Below, piece after piece: positions 9,449-19,439 of a stretch of DNA of 64,000 nt. The notes below the pieces were generated by a model. That model did not search any database and was not told the origin of the DNA. It saw only the letters and a list, made by a program, of their open reading frames with translations. The DNA lies in contig JBAZYQ010000001.1 in NCBI GenBank assembly GCA_041659245.1, positions 4,912 to 68,911 of the forward strand, given 5' to 3'. The DNA is from Candidatus Nanoarchaeia archaeon. GTDB lineage: Archaea > Nanobdellota > Nanobdellia > SCGC-AAA011-G17 > GW2011-AR17. Position numbers and translations under genes: made by a program. How positions within the stretch are numbered: position 1 is the first letter of the stretch; every line of letters begins with the position of its first letter.

Positions 9449-11314
9449 TTAGCCTGTTAGATTATATACAATATACTCTCTATTTTTTGTGATTAGTGGA
9501 AATTCCAACTCTTTGTCTTTATTGAATATTGCATATGAAAAGTGGAACTTTTCTTTTAAGATTTGCAATTGCGTTTCATTGAGTGTAGTATAATACTCGT
9601 TAAGATGTTGATTTTCCCCATAGGTTCTGTCATCCAAGGTGAAATGGTTATTTGTTACATTTATAATACGGATATACCACTCTACCATATACCTGTCATC
9701 TAAAGGTATTGTTTTAAAATCAACAACAATAGCCCTATTGAGGCATAATCTCCATTGCTCTTCATCAGGCGGTGTTAAAAATATAGAATTTATAGGTGTA
9801 TTCTCTTGTGCAAAAAGGCAGATTTCTTTCATTTCCGGTTCAAAATCTGATCTTGCATTTAAAGGTGATATCTTAAGGTCAACAAACGAGATTATTACCA
9901 ATATTGCTATTAAAAGGAAAATAATCTTTTTGTTTTTAGGATATATAATCAAAGCTGAACATAAAAGGTAGATAAAAAAGATTATAAATGCTGGCACCAA
10001 TAGGCTTTTAATCAGGGATATTTTTTCTTGTGAAGTTAAATATCTTAGCAGGGTTGGAAATGTAAAATATAGCAATCCTCCCAAGATAATGGCAATGGCA
10101 ATGCCTGCAAAAAGAAAATATCCTCTGTTTATTTTAATATAATTGTTCTCTTTTAGTTTTATAAAAATAAATATTAATGCCAAGAGAATAAATAAATACC
10201 TTAAGACAAATGTGGCAAAAGAGAATATGAATAATAAAGCAAATAGTTTTAGGGGAATACTTTTGGCACTTGCCCATAGCTCATAAGCTTCATTAAAAAT
10301 TATAATATATGAGACCATGAACATGAAGGCAACAGCCCGGAACATATGAAATAAAGCAAAGGACGAGATTGGAATTATTTCTACAAATATATACCCAGTG
10401 ATAGCATATAAAATGCATATTATATAAGATACATAAAATACAGATTTTTGCTTGAAGTTATTATCTCTTAAAAATAACAATCCCAATACTACCAGAAGTA
10501 TGGTTGCAACAAAAAGACTAAAATCCCAAGAGCTTGGCAGGCAATGCCATGGATGCCTGAATCTGGCAACTATGTGGGTAATCAGGCTCTGGTCTGTAAA
10601 CCTTGAAGAAATTAGCAGGCCTTGGATAAGAGCAGGTGCACCTATTATTATAAAAGATATAGGTTTTATCAAGTAAATAAGATTTGATTTGGTAAAAATA
10701 GGTTTGCGTATGTTAATGAAAATATGTATAAAGTAGTATATTGAGAAACACATAAGTCCTGTAATTGTATGGAATATTGCTGCCAATCCTAATATGGCAA
10801 ATCCGCTTACAGTCTTATTCCGCAGTATAAGGTTTAAGGAAATAAGTGCAAAACACCATGAGATAATATTTGGGGTAAGGATGCTGTCAATAAGATTAAT
10901 GGAACCTAAAAATGATGTTTGATACGCCATGATAAAAAACAAGCTAAATAAGGCTGATTTTGCCTTATTTTTATAAAAATAATCTGCAAGATAGAATAAG
11001 GATAGGGCAATCCCCTGTGTAAACAATAAGGTTAATAAAAAGAAAGTAACTGACAGGCTGCCTATTATTTTATATGTGCAAAGGACAAAATAGTTAAATA
11101 TGGATCTAATATTAAATCCTTCCATTGAATTGGTATACCAGTCATTAACAAGGTAGCTTGTATCATTAATGCGGTACATATTTGGTAAATATTGATTATG
11201 GTTACCGATGCCATAACCGCTATATATGAAGATAAATAGAACTGTGACGCAGATAAAGCAAAATATCTCAAATCTGTATTTTTGCAGTATATTCTTAATA
11301 TAATCAGACTTCAT
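9449..11314 (-). CDS. Polytopic integral membrane protein (~14 TM) with C-terminal soluble domain; possible GT-C-like glycosyltransferase
   Basis: 621 aa. Hydrophobic helices throughout the first ~480 aa, then a hydrophilic C-terminal domain. No specific motif recognised. Confidence 0.5.
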   Translation of the reverse strand: MKSDYIKNILQKYRFEIFCFICVTVLFIFIYSGYGIGNHNQYLPNMYRINDTSYLVNDWYTNSMEGFNIRSIFNYFVLCTYKIIGSLSVTFFLLTLLFTQGIALSLFYLADYFYKNKAKSALFSLFFIMAYQTSFLGSINLIDSILTPNIISWCFALISLNLILRNKTVSGFAILGLAAIFHTITGLMCFSIYYFIHIFINIRKPIFTKSNLIYLIKPISFIIIGAPALIQGLLISSRFTDQSLITHIVARFRHPWHCLPSSWDFSLFVATILLVVLGLLFLRDNNFKQKSVFYVSYIICILYAITGYIFVEIIPISSFALFHMFRAVAFMFMVSYIIIFNEAYELWASAKSIPLKLFALLFIFSFATFVLRYLFILLALIFIFIKLKENNYIKINRGYFLFAGIAIAIILGGLLYFTFPTLLRYLTSQEKISLIKSLLVPAFIIFFIYLLCSALIIYPKNKKIIFLLIAILVIISFVDLKISPLNARSDFEPEMKEICLFAQENTPINSIFLTPPDEEQWRLCLNRAIVVDFKTIPLDDRYMVEWYIRIINVTNNHFTLDDRTYGENQHLNEYYTTLNETQLQILKEKFHFSYAIFNKDKELEFPLITKNREYIVYNLTG

Positions 11315-11436
11315 TTTTTATATTTACAGCGGATAAGTTTATAAATTTACCTAAGAATAGATTATTTTATATAGTTGATTATTATGTTTAACCAAATTAT
11401 TTTTCTAGCATTATCCTTATTTTGGAATATATAACA

Positions 11437-12876
11437 TCAACTGGACTTTTTCATGCTGCTAATCAATGCCATTGCCCCATTTATGTAAACCTTTACCCTG
11501 TCTTTTGAGCCAAGATATTTGAGCTGCCTCAATATAAATTTTGGGCGTAAATAGAAGCTTCTCATTGCATATTTCTGGAGCTCTTTGAGCTCTTCAGCAT
11601 TTCTGCCTTCAGGCATGTAAACAAGCTCCTTGTTTGACCATCCGGCCCATGTTTGATAATTTTCCCATTGGAATGACTTTAGTGTTTTGTCTTTCTTTGT
11701 GATTTCATATAATTTTGTTCCAGGATATGGCACTGTTATAGTGAATTGCACCCAGTCAGGGTCAATTTCCTTTGAAAAACTGATTGTCTGCATGCTTTCT
11801 TCCTTTGTTTCAGAAGGCAAACCGAGCATAAAGAATGCTTTTATCTCGATTCCTGCTTCCCTTGTCCATTTGAATGCATCCCTCACCTGCTGCAGCGTTA
11901 TTCCCTTATCTATCAAATTCAGCAACCTCTGGTTTCCGCTTTCAACGCCGTAATGCATGCTCCAGCAGCCTGCTTTTTTCATTATTTTCAGCAGTTCTCT
12001 GTCAACAAGATTTACTCTTGTCATGCAGCTCCATTCAAATCTCTTGTTTAATCCCAGCCGCATAATCTCATTGCATAATTCAATAACGTGCCCTCTGTCT
12101 ACTGTAAAAGTATCGTCCCTAAATATTATGTCTTTTGCGCCGTAATCATTCAGAAGAGTGTTTATTTCCTCAATTATTCTTTTCACAGAATGCTTTCTGT
12201 AAACTCTTCCGGAAACTTTTGAGCAGTATGCGCATTTGAAAGGGCATCCTCTTGAGGCAAGTATAAGATAGCTTGGAAGCCTTTTGAAGTATGTTGGCGC
12301 CGGAGTATATTTAGCCATTGGCAAAAGATCCCTTGCGGGCAATGGAATGGAATCAATGTCTGTTTTTATCTCACGCGCAGGATTTATCGTTATTTTGCCG
12401 TTATTTCTGTATGCTATGCCTTTTATGCTTTCAAAATGCTTTTTTTCTGAAATTGCGTTAAGCAATTCCACTATTGTGTCTTCAGCTTCCCCGAAGCAGG
12501 CAAAGTCGATGTTCTTGTTTTCTTCGAGGGTTATTTCAGGAAAAACAGTGACGTGAGGACCGCCGGCAATAATCTTTGCTTTTGGAAGTGTCTCTTTTAC
12601 AAGGCTGATTATTTCCTTTGCGCGAAGATACATTGGTGTAAGTATAGACACGCCCACAATATCAGGATTTGATTCAATAATACGTTTTTTTAATTCTTCA
12701 GTGCTGATGCGCACAGCGGCAATGTCCAATATTTCAACGTCAGCCGCTTTTGCTTCTCTTATTACCGCAGCAAGATAAGCCAATCCCATTGGCTCGCACA
12801 TAGGCCCCACCTTGCCAAGATATTTACCGTATCTTTCATCAAGCGTAAGCCCTGGCTGAATAAGCATAATTTTCAT
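11437..12876 (-). CDS. Cobalamin-binding (class B) radical SAM enzyme, subfamily 2
   Basis: MKIMLIQPG…MGLAYLAAV…IVGVS B12-binding-like N-terminus; SRGCPFKCAYCS CxxxCxxC. Start moved to the internal ATG at 12876 (the track extends to 12933). Confidence 0.85.
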   Translation of the reverse strand: MKIMLIQPGLTLDERYGKYLGKVGPMCEPMGLAYLAAVIREAKAADVEILDIAAVRISTEELKKRIIESNPDIVGVSILTPMYLRAKEIISLVKETLPKAKIIAGGPHVTVFPEITLEENKNIDFACFGEAEDTIVELLNAISEKKHFESIKGIAYRNNGKITINPAREIKTDIDSIPLPARDLLPMAKYTPAPTYFKRLPSYLILASRGCPFKCAYCSKVSGRVYRKHSVKRIIEEINTLLNDYGAKDIIFRDDTFTVDRGHVIELCNEIMRLGLNKRFEWSCMTRVNLVDRELLKIMKKAGCWSMHYGVESGNQRLLNLIDKGITLQQVRDAFKWTREAGIEIKAFFMLGLPSETKEESMQTISFSKEIDPDWVQFTITVPYPGTKLYEITKKDKTLKSFQWENYQTWAGWSNKELVYMPEGRNAEELKELQKYAMRSFYLRPKFILRQLKYLGSKDRVKVYINGAMALISSMKKSS

Positions 12877-12995
12877 TAGGAACTGAAAGTGTGTTTCATA
12901 TTTAAATAGTTTCGGGATAATAGTGGCAAACATTTAGTAATATATAATTTAAAATCAAATAGCCTTAGAGGATCAAAACATAATAACTCTTTTAT

Positions 12996-13871
12996 TTATT
13001 TTTTCATATCCGCTAAAAATCCAAAGAATAATATTTGGAGACCAGAAATTATTAATAATATGCATAAGACTGTACTTGGCAGATGCCCTACTTTGCCTGT
13101 TTTAAAGAATAGCATGGTAAGCCAAAGTCCAAGTAATAATCCTGTGATAATAAAACTGCCTCCAATGCTCCCAAAGAATTTAATGGGGTTATAATCCCTT
13201 TGCACTCTAAGGATATTTATCCATGCTTTAAATGCGTATCCGAATGGATTCTTTATTAATTTGCTTTTTCCTTCCCTGGCAGAAAAATAGGTTGGGATCT
13301 CTTTCACCTTGAAATCTTCCGTTACTGCCCTTAGTATTTGTTCTTGGGTATAAGTATGGTTTGATATAATATCTAAAGATGCAACTTTCCTGTTAAATGC
13401 TCTAAAACCAGTCTGGCAATCGTTAATTTTATATTTTAATATCTTGGATATGGCTCGGGAGAAAGCGCGATTTCCAATCTTTTTTAATAAAGGCATCTTT
13501 TCTATGCCTCCGGCAAACCTGTCTCCTAATACCAAATCATAGCCCTTCTCAACTTCGTGTATTAATCTTGGAATGTCTTTTGCCTGGTATTGCCCGTCTG
13601 CATCTGTATGCACAATAATATCTGCGCCCATCTTCAGGCTTTTTTTAATTTCAGTTCGAAATGCCTCAGCCAGTCCCCTATTAGTAAAATGCGAAAAAAC
13701 AAACGCTCCTGCTTGTTTAGCAAGACTTTCTGTTTGATCTGTGCTTCCGTCATTTACAACAAGAAGTTTATAATTATATCTCTCCTTAGCCATTACATCC
13801 TTTATGTCTTTAATCACATGACCTATTGTTTTTGCTTCATTGTATGCCGGGATGGTAATTACAACTTTCAT
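12996..13871 (-). CDS. GT2 polyprenol-phosphate sugar synthase (Dpm1/ArnC/GtrB-like) with C-terminal TM anchor
   Basis: VVITIPAYNEAKTIGHVI…LVVNDGSTDQT…HTDADGQ, then a C-terminal hydrophobic segment. Confidence 0.85.
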   Translation of the reverse strand: MKVVITIPAYNEAKTIGHVIKDIKDVMAKERYNYKLLVVNDGSTDQTESLAKQAGAFVFSHFTNRGLAEAFRTEIKKSLKMGADIIVHTDADGQYQAKDIPRLIHEVEKGYDLVLGDRFAGGIEKMPLLKKIGNRAFSRAISKILKYKINDCQTGFRAFNRKVASLDIISNHTYTQEQILRAVTEDFKVKEIPTYFSAREGKSKLIKNPFGYAFKAWINILRVQRDYNPIKFFGSIGGSFIITGLLLGLWLTMLFFKTGKVGHLPSTVLCILLIISGLQILFFGFLADMKK

Positions 13872-13894
13872 ATTAAATCATCATTTTTGGGGTT

Positions 13895-15064
13895 TTATAA
13901 ACCTTTTGCAGAGTACATCTTAAATTCCCCAATCTGTTTTATCAGGCTGAGATTAAGCATATGCTTGGTATAAATATAGTCAACATGTTCACTATAGCTT
14001 TCCAGATTGCCGACTATAATTTTATCATTAAGCCAAAAGCCAATTATACTATTTGTTCTATTCCCTATATCGCGTTCATATATGCCTGTTTGGTTCAATT
14101 TTGAGATAATAGCCTCATCACGTTCATCTAGCAGATATACGGAATATTGCGGATCATATTGATTCATAAACATGCCTATTTGTACTTGGGGTCCTGCTGC
14201 CCAATATACCCTGGTATTGTATATTGTTACTGAATAAGCCAACAGTGAGATTAGAATAAAGAAAATAATTGAAAAATAAAATATGCGCTTGGTATGAGGG
14301 TATATCATCTTGTATAGTATATAAAATATCAATCCCAATATGGCTGCAAAAATAATCTGTGATATGAAAGAGGAATTAAATACTAATCTTATTAGTTCGG
14401 CTAAAATTCCCAGCCAGGACAAGGATAAATTATTAACCGGAAACAAAGGAAATAAATATAAGACTGAAGAGCAAAGAAGTAATGATACGATAATGAAAAT
14501 AGATTTCATATTAATTTTTGTAGGCATCTTTTCAAAGGCAATTATTCCTATTATTATGATTAAAGGCAATACTGCTTCGATATACCTTCCTATAGGTCTG
14601 CCTAATAACCAATTAGAATAGATTCCAACTTGTGCAGCTGCATTATGATTTGAGGCAATAAGCAAGGTTACAAATATGCATAGACCTGAAATAACCAACA
14701 AATAAGGGTATTTAGCTTTTGCTTTCAGCAGATTTAAAAATCCAATGGAATAAATGAAACCAGAACTTATTATCAAATAGCCGAGAGATATTAAAAACCA
14801 AAGCAGAATTGTGCCTATTTTCAGTCCATGGCTTGTTTCAAGACTATAGTACCCTCCTGAAACTGAATTAATTGAAAATCCAAATAAAAGCCCGTTTCGT
14901 ATCAGCCATAAAACGATGAATGGGATGGCTGAGATAATAAATACAAATGTTTTTTTGGCATTTAATTTAAAATCTTTGTCTTCCCAGGCCTTAAACGTAT
15001 AAGCCCCAATACCTACAAAAAGCAAAGCAATGCCGCTTACTTTTGTTAAGTATGATAAGCCCAC
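13895..15064 (-). CDS. GT-C (PMT/ArnT-like) glycosyltransferase, C-terminal portion; likely one gene with 15106..15600 interrupted by a frameshift
   Basis: Polytopic membrane ORF with no ATG start (GTG in the track). Its frame stays open upstream to 15236, overlapping the end of the upstream ORF in another frame. Confidence 0.5.
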   Translation of the reverse strand: MGLSYLTKVSGIALLFVGIGAYTFKAWEDKDFKLNAKKTFVFIISAIPFIVLWLIRNGLLFGFSINSVSGGYYSLETSHGLKIGTILLWFLISLGYLIISSGFIYSIGFLNLLKAKAKYPYLLVISGLCIFVTLLIASNHNAAAQVGIYSNWLLGRPIGRYIEAVLPLIIIIGIIAFEKMPTKINMKSIFIIVSLLLCSSVLYLFPLFPVNNLSLSWLGILAELIRLVFNSSFISQIIFAAILGLIFYILYKMIYPHTKRIFYFSIIFFILISLLAYSVTIYNTRVYWAAGPQVQIGMFMNQYDPQYSVYLLDERDEAIISKLNQTGIYERDIGNRTNSIIGFWLNDKIIVGNLESYSEHVDYIYTKHMLNLSLIKQIGEFKMYSAKGL

Positions 15065-15105
15065 AGATAGCCCTGCAATAATCGGCCATTTGTATCCTTT
15101 TGAGG

Positions 15106-15600
15106 TTACTGCTTTGTAAATTGTAAAAACTGAAAAAGGAATAAAGGATAATATAGGCTTTCGCTCATTATAAAAGGGGCAAATGCTAGATTTGAAGGCA
15201 ATACTGATACAACAACAGCCGTAAGAAATGCTGATTTATCCTCAAGAAATTCTTTTGCAAGAAGCCATGCGGGAATTATTATTAGTGAAGATAATAGTGC
15301 ATTAAGAAATTTCATAAAAATGTAAACATATTGCATATCCTTAAATTTATATGAAATTGAGATTAGAATGGGGTAAAGCGGAGGAAATTGCGCAGAAGGC
15401 ACACCATGTTCTGTAAATTCCTGGTCAAAATAGAAGCTCCTTGCTATTTTTGCATATGAATCTTCATCGCTATATCCTGATATTGTGGGCACAAATGAGG
15501 AAAACACAACTTTTACAATAACCAATGCTAGAAAAATCAACAAAAGCCGTTTTGTATACATTTTCATTAGACTTAAATCAGTTATACTTTTTATAAACAT
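15106..15600 (-). CDS. GT-C (PMT/ArnT-like) glycosyltransferase, N-terminal portion
   Basis: TM1, then YSDEDSYAKIARSF: the DE/DxD first-loop motif of the PMT/ArnT/AglB GT-C families. Confidence 0.55.
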   Translation of the reverse strand: MFIKSITDLSLMKMYTKRLLLIFLALVIVKVVFSSFVPTISGYSDEDSYAKIARSFYFDQEFTEHGVPSAQFPPLYPILISISYKFKDMQYVYIFMKFLNALLSSLIIIPAWLLAKEFLEDKSAFLTAVVVSVLPSNLAFAPFIMSESLYYPLFLFQFLQFTKQ

Positions 15601-15666
15601 TATGAATTGCCTTAAACCTCCGGCATTATATTCTAATATGGATTATTAGAATGTAATAGAAAACAT

Positions 15667-16863
15667 CTACTTTCCTGCTATTTCTTTTAGTACTTTTTCA
15701 ATTGCTTTAATGTGTAATTTAGAATTCAACTTGGAGTGCACATAATGAAATGCATTGGCTGAAAATACTTCGGCTAACTTGTTATCCTTAAGAATTTTTA
15801 GTATTGCGTTTGCAAGAGCTTCGCTATTTGCCGGCTCCACAAGAATACCTGTTTTTTCATCAAGCACTAAATCCATAATGCCTCCCCTTGCTGAACCAAC
15901 AATGGGCCTGCCGACTGACATACATTCATAAATCACAAATGGCGAATTTTCCATCCAAACGCTCGGAATAGCAAATACCCTGCACTTTTCAAACTCATTT
16001 AGGATTTTGCTGTGAGGTATCTTTCCTGTGAATTCAATCTTATTAGTTAGCCCTAACTCTTTTGCAAGGCTTTCCAGATTTTTACGTTCAGGACCATCAC
16101 CAACAATGCGCAGGTGAGCAGAGGGATAATGAATTAATACTTCCTTGAATGCGCGGATAAGAAAATCAACCCCTTTGTTCCTGCTTAACAATCCTGCGTA
16201 TAGCACGAGCCCTTTTTGTGATTTTGCAAAATTCATCTTTGAATTGCCAAATTCCATGAAATTATGTATGCACTGCACGTTCCTAAAACCATGTTTCCTT
16301 AAGTCGGCAGCCAACATTTTGCTAGGAGATATAAACTGTTGAATTATCCTCTTAGTAAGCTTAATCCTTAATTTATTTCTTGGATATGCCATGAAGAAAT
16401 GCAATGGTTTTATGCATCCTTTTAGCATACATTTCAATGCAATCCCTTCAACGCCTTCACAAGGCTTAAGGCTTTTTTTGATAACACACCATGATGAAGG
16501 ACAAATCTGTCCCCAATCATGAATTGTCTGCACCACGGGGACTTTTGAGGCAGAGAGTGCAAGCAGAACAGGGATTGAATGGACATAATTATTGTGCATA
16601 AATACAACATTGGGATTAAACTGCTTGATAAATTTTTTGAGCATAGAATATACCCTAAAGTTAAAAACAAATTTGCCCAGACTTTTTTTAAGTTTATTTG
16701 ACGGATATGCAACTATAACCTTATTTTCTTCAGTTATGCTATTATCTTCGTATCCAAATAATGCCACTTTATGATTTCTGCCGAGTAATTTGGAAACAGC
16801 AAAAATATATGTTTCTGCACCGCCGCCTTCCTTGCAGGAATCATTTATTAATAGGATTCTCAT
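15667..16863 (-). CDS. GT4-family glycosyltransferase (GT-B fold)
   Basis: C-terminal E-x7-E motif ENSPFVIYECMSVGRPIVGSARGGIMD. Confidence 0.85.
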   Translation of the reverse strand: MRILLINDSCKEGGGAETYIFAVSKLLGRNHKVALFGYEDNSITEENKVIVAYPSNKLKKSLGKFVFNFRVYSMLKKFIKQFNPNVVFMHNNYVHSIPVLLALSASKVPVVQTIHDWGQICPSSWCVIKKSLKPCEGVEGIALKCMLKGCIKPLHFFMAYPRNKLRIKLTKRIIQQFISPSKMLAADLRKHGFRNVQCIHNFMEFGNSKMNFAKSQKGLVLYAGLLSRNKGVDFLIRAFKEVLIHYPSAHLRIVGDGPERKNLESLAKELGLTNKIEFTGKIPHSKILNEFEKCRVFAIPSVWMENSPFVIYECMSVGRPIVGSARGGIMDLVLDEKTGILVEPANSEALANAILKILKDNKLAEVFSANAFHYVHSKLNSKLHIKAIEKVLKEIAGK

Positions 16864-16930
16864 AACTTAAAATTTATTTTGAGGGTATATAAATATAATG
16901 AATTTCTAAATTTAATTTATATAAAATTCC

Positions 16931-18139
16931 TTATCTCCCTATTCCAACATACGTCGTTTGCCTGGATATAACCTCTTTATCCAGGAAATTTCTGCCATCC
17001 ACCACAATCTTTGCTTTAGAATAATCCATATTCTTAAATTCAGGGTGAGAAGTCAATAACACAACAATATCCGTGCTGTTTATTGCCTCTTCAGCTGTTG
17101 CATTGCTCAAATGACACACATAGGGCTCATGTATAAGAAGATTGGCCTTTCTTTTCCTGAGCTCTTCTATAATCTCCAATGCAGGGCTTTCCCTCAAATC
17201 CTCAACTCCCCCCTTGTAGGCAAGCCCCATGATTCCTATTTTACTGCCTTTTACGCTCTTTCCAGCTTCATTTAGGGCATTAACGATTAAATCAACTGTG
17301 TGGAAAGGCATGGAATTGTTAATCTCCCTTGCAAGCTTCAGGAGCTTATGGTCGAATCCCAATGTATTGGCTTTTTCAATAAGATAATAGGGGTCTACTG
17401 AGATGCAGTGGCCACCTACGCCACAGCCTGGATAGTGGGCAAGGAAGCTGAATGGCTTTGTTTTTGCGCCTTCTATCACTTCTGTTATGTCAATTCCAAA
17501 TTTTGTGAATGATTTTGCAAGCTCGTTTACAAAGGCTATATTAACATCCCTAAAGGAGTTTTCAACAATTTTTACAGCTTCTGCTGCCTTAATACTGCTC
17601 ATTTCTTTCACAGGAGCATCTAAAATGTTCTCATAAAATGCCTTTGCGCGTTTGCAGCCTTCTTTTGTGGTTGCGCCAATAACCCTTGGGATGTTTCCAA
17701 CATGCCATTTTGGATCGCCAGGGTTAATTCTCTCGGGACAGTGTGCTATATCAAAATCAATGCCTGCTTTTAATCCTGCAGCTTCTAATATGGGCTGGAC
17801 ATCTTCTTCTGTGACACAAGGGTTGACAGTTGATTCCATTACCACCAGCATGCCTTTGTGCAATCCTCTAGCCACTTCATTGGATGCAGAGATTACGCAG
17901 CTCAAGTCCGGCTTTTTGTTATGGTCAACAGGCGTGGGGACGCAGATTATTGCAATATCCGAATTGGATACTGCATTTGGCTCATTGAGAATGATTCCAG
18001 GGAATTTTTGCCTTATTCGTTCTGCTTTGGAAGAATCAACCTCAATGCCATAGACCTTATAGCCTTTTTTGAGGCACAGCTCAGCCAATGGCAGGCCAAC
18101 GTAGCCAAGCCCTATAATACAGACACTTTCCATGTCCAA
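16931..18139 (-). CDS. UDP-glucose/GDP-mannose dehydrogenase-family nucleotide-sugar dehydrogenase (WecC/AglM-like)
   Basis: CIIGLGYVGLPLA N-terminal Rossmann segment; central and C-terminal dimerisation/UDP-binding regions; 402 aa. Confidence 0.85.
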   Translation of the reverse strand: MDMESVCIIGLGYVGLPLAELCLKKGYKVYGIEVDSSKAERIRQKFPGIILNEPNAVSNSDIAIICVPTPVDHNKKPDLSCVISASNEVARGLHKGMLVVMESTVNPCVTEEDVQPILEAAGLKAGIDFDIAHCPERINPGDPKWHVGNIPRVIGATTKEGCKRAKAFYENILDAPVKEMSSIKAAEAVKIVENSFRDVNIAFVNELAKSFTKFGIDITEVIEGAKTKPFSFLAHYPGCGVGGHCISVDPYYLIEKANTLGFDHKLLKLAREINNSMPFHTVDLIVNALNEAGKSVKGSKIGIMGLAYKGGVEDLRESPALEIIEELRKRKANLLIHEPYVCHLSNATAEEAINSTDIVVLLTSHPEFKNMDYSKAKIVVDGRNFLDKEVISRQTTYVGIGR

Positions 18140-18216
18140 AATGAACTTTTTAAGGATATTTAAGGATTATGGTTCTATACTGTAGAATACAATTTTTGCA
18201 TATTTAATTTTCCCCT

Positions 18217-19284
18217 ATGCTTGTCTTCGAAAGATTTATAACTCATCCTGTCTACACAAATAAAATGCAATACGCTTATACTCCTGAGCCAGGCATATGT
18301 CCATTATGCGGCTCAAACAATGCAAAACTATTATACGAGATAGACTCAGAGGATGTAGCAAAAAATTTTTTAGTTAAAGAGAGAGATCCTCAAAAATTTG
18401 AACAGTTGGTAACAAATGTAAACAACACCTGGAAAAGTACAACTTGTAAAGTTATACAATGTGATAACTGCGGATTATGCTATACAAATCCTTTTGTTGC
18501 CGGAGACAATGAATTTTATAACTTAATATACGGCGGAACCGGCAAATCCCGATGGAAATGGGAGTTTGAAGTAACTTTCCAGAAAATAAAAGAAATTATG
18601 GGGGGAATTAATCCTAATGAAACTACTCTCTTAGAAATTGGCGCAGCAGACGGAACTTTCATTAAAAAAATATCTCCTTATTTGATACCTAAGCAAAATA
18701 TACTCTGTACTGATTATTCAGAAAATTGCAAAAAGTTAATTGAGCAATATGGAATAAAATGTGAAACAATTGATATAACCAAAACAAAAAATCCAAAATT
18801 TAAGAACAAATTTTCAATACTATGCATGTTTCAGGTGCTTGAGCATATGGACTCAATTGATTATTTTTTTAAAGCAGCATATTTCCTCACAAAGCCCAAT
18901 GCAGACATATTTATAGCAGTGCCAAATGATAAGATGATTGCAATACAAGAGCTTTATGGTGAACTGCTTGACGAACCGCCTCATCATACTTCCAGATGGA
19001 ATAAAAAATGCTTTGAGATAGCCTCGCAAAAATATGGATTCAAACTATTGGACTACAAGATTGAACCCTGCAGATTAATCCCTGCATTTAAACAGATTAT
19101 AATCTATAAATATAAACGAAAGCGCCAAATTAGGGGAAATATCTATTGCAAATCAGCATTGATAAAGAACAATAGATTAAGAAGAATAGCTGAAATTATG
19201 CTTGTAGCCTATCTTTCGATTACGAGCTTAACCATTCTACCTAAACTTCAGGGGAATTCCCAATGGGTTCATCTTAGAAAATAA
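18217..19284 (+). CDS. SAM-dependent methyltransferase with N-terminal Cys4 zinc-ribbon (Methyltransf_13-like)
   Basis: CPLCGS…CDNCGLCYTNPF zinc ribbon, then LLEIGAADGTF class I MTase motif I. An alternative start is at 18265. Confidence 0.7.
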   Translation: MLVFERFITHPVYTNKMQYAYTPEPGICPLCGSNNAKLLYEIDSEDVAKNFLVKERDPQKFEQLVTNVNNTWKSTTCKVIQCDNCGLCYTNPFVAGDNEFYNLIYGGTGKSRWKWEFEVTFQKIKEIMGGINPNETTLLEIGAADGTFIKKISPYLIPKQNILCTDYSENCKKLIEQYGIKCETIDITKTKNPKFKNKFSILCMFQVLEHMDSIDYFFKAAYFLTKPNADIFIAVPNDKMIAIQELYGELLDEPPHHTSRWNKKCFEIASQKYGFKLLDYKIEPCRLIPAFKQIIIYKYKRKRQIRGNIYCKSALIKNNRLRRIAEIMLVAYLSITSLTILPKLQGNSQWVHLRK

Positions 19285-19439
19285 AAATTCAATCTTAAGC
19301 TATACTTCCCTTTAAGTTAGTATAATCCCTAATGGATTATATGGCTTAATTCTCCCCACCTAATAATTAATTAACATTGAAGCAAATGTAATTATGGCGA
19401 AGAAACATTTATAAAGCTTAAATCTATATCATTCCTAAA

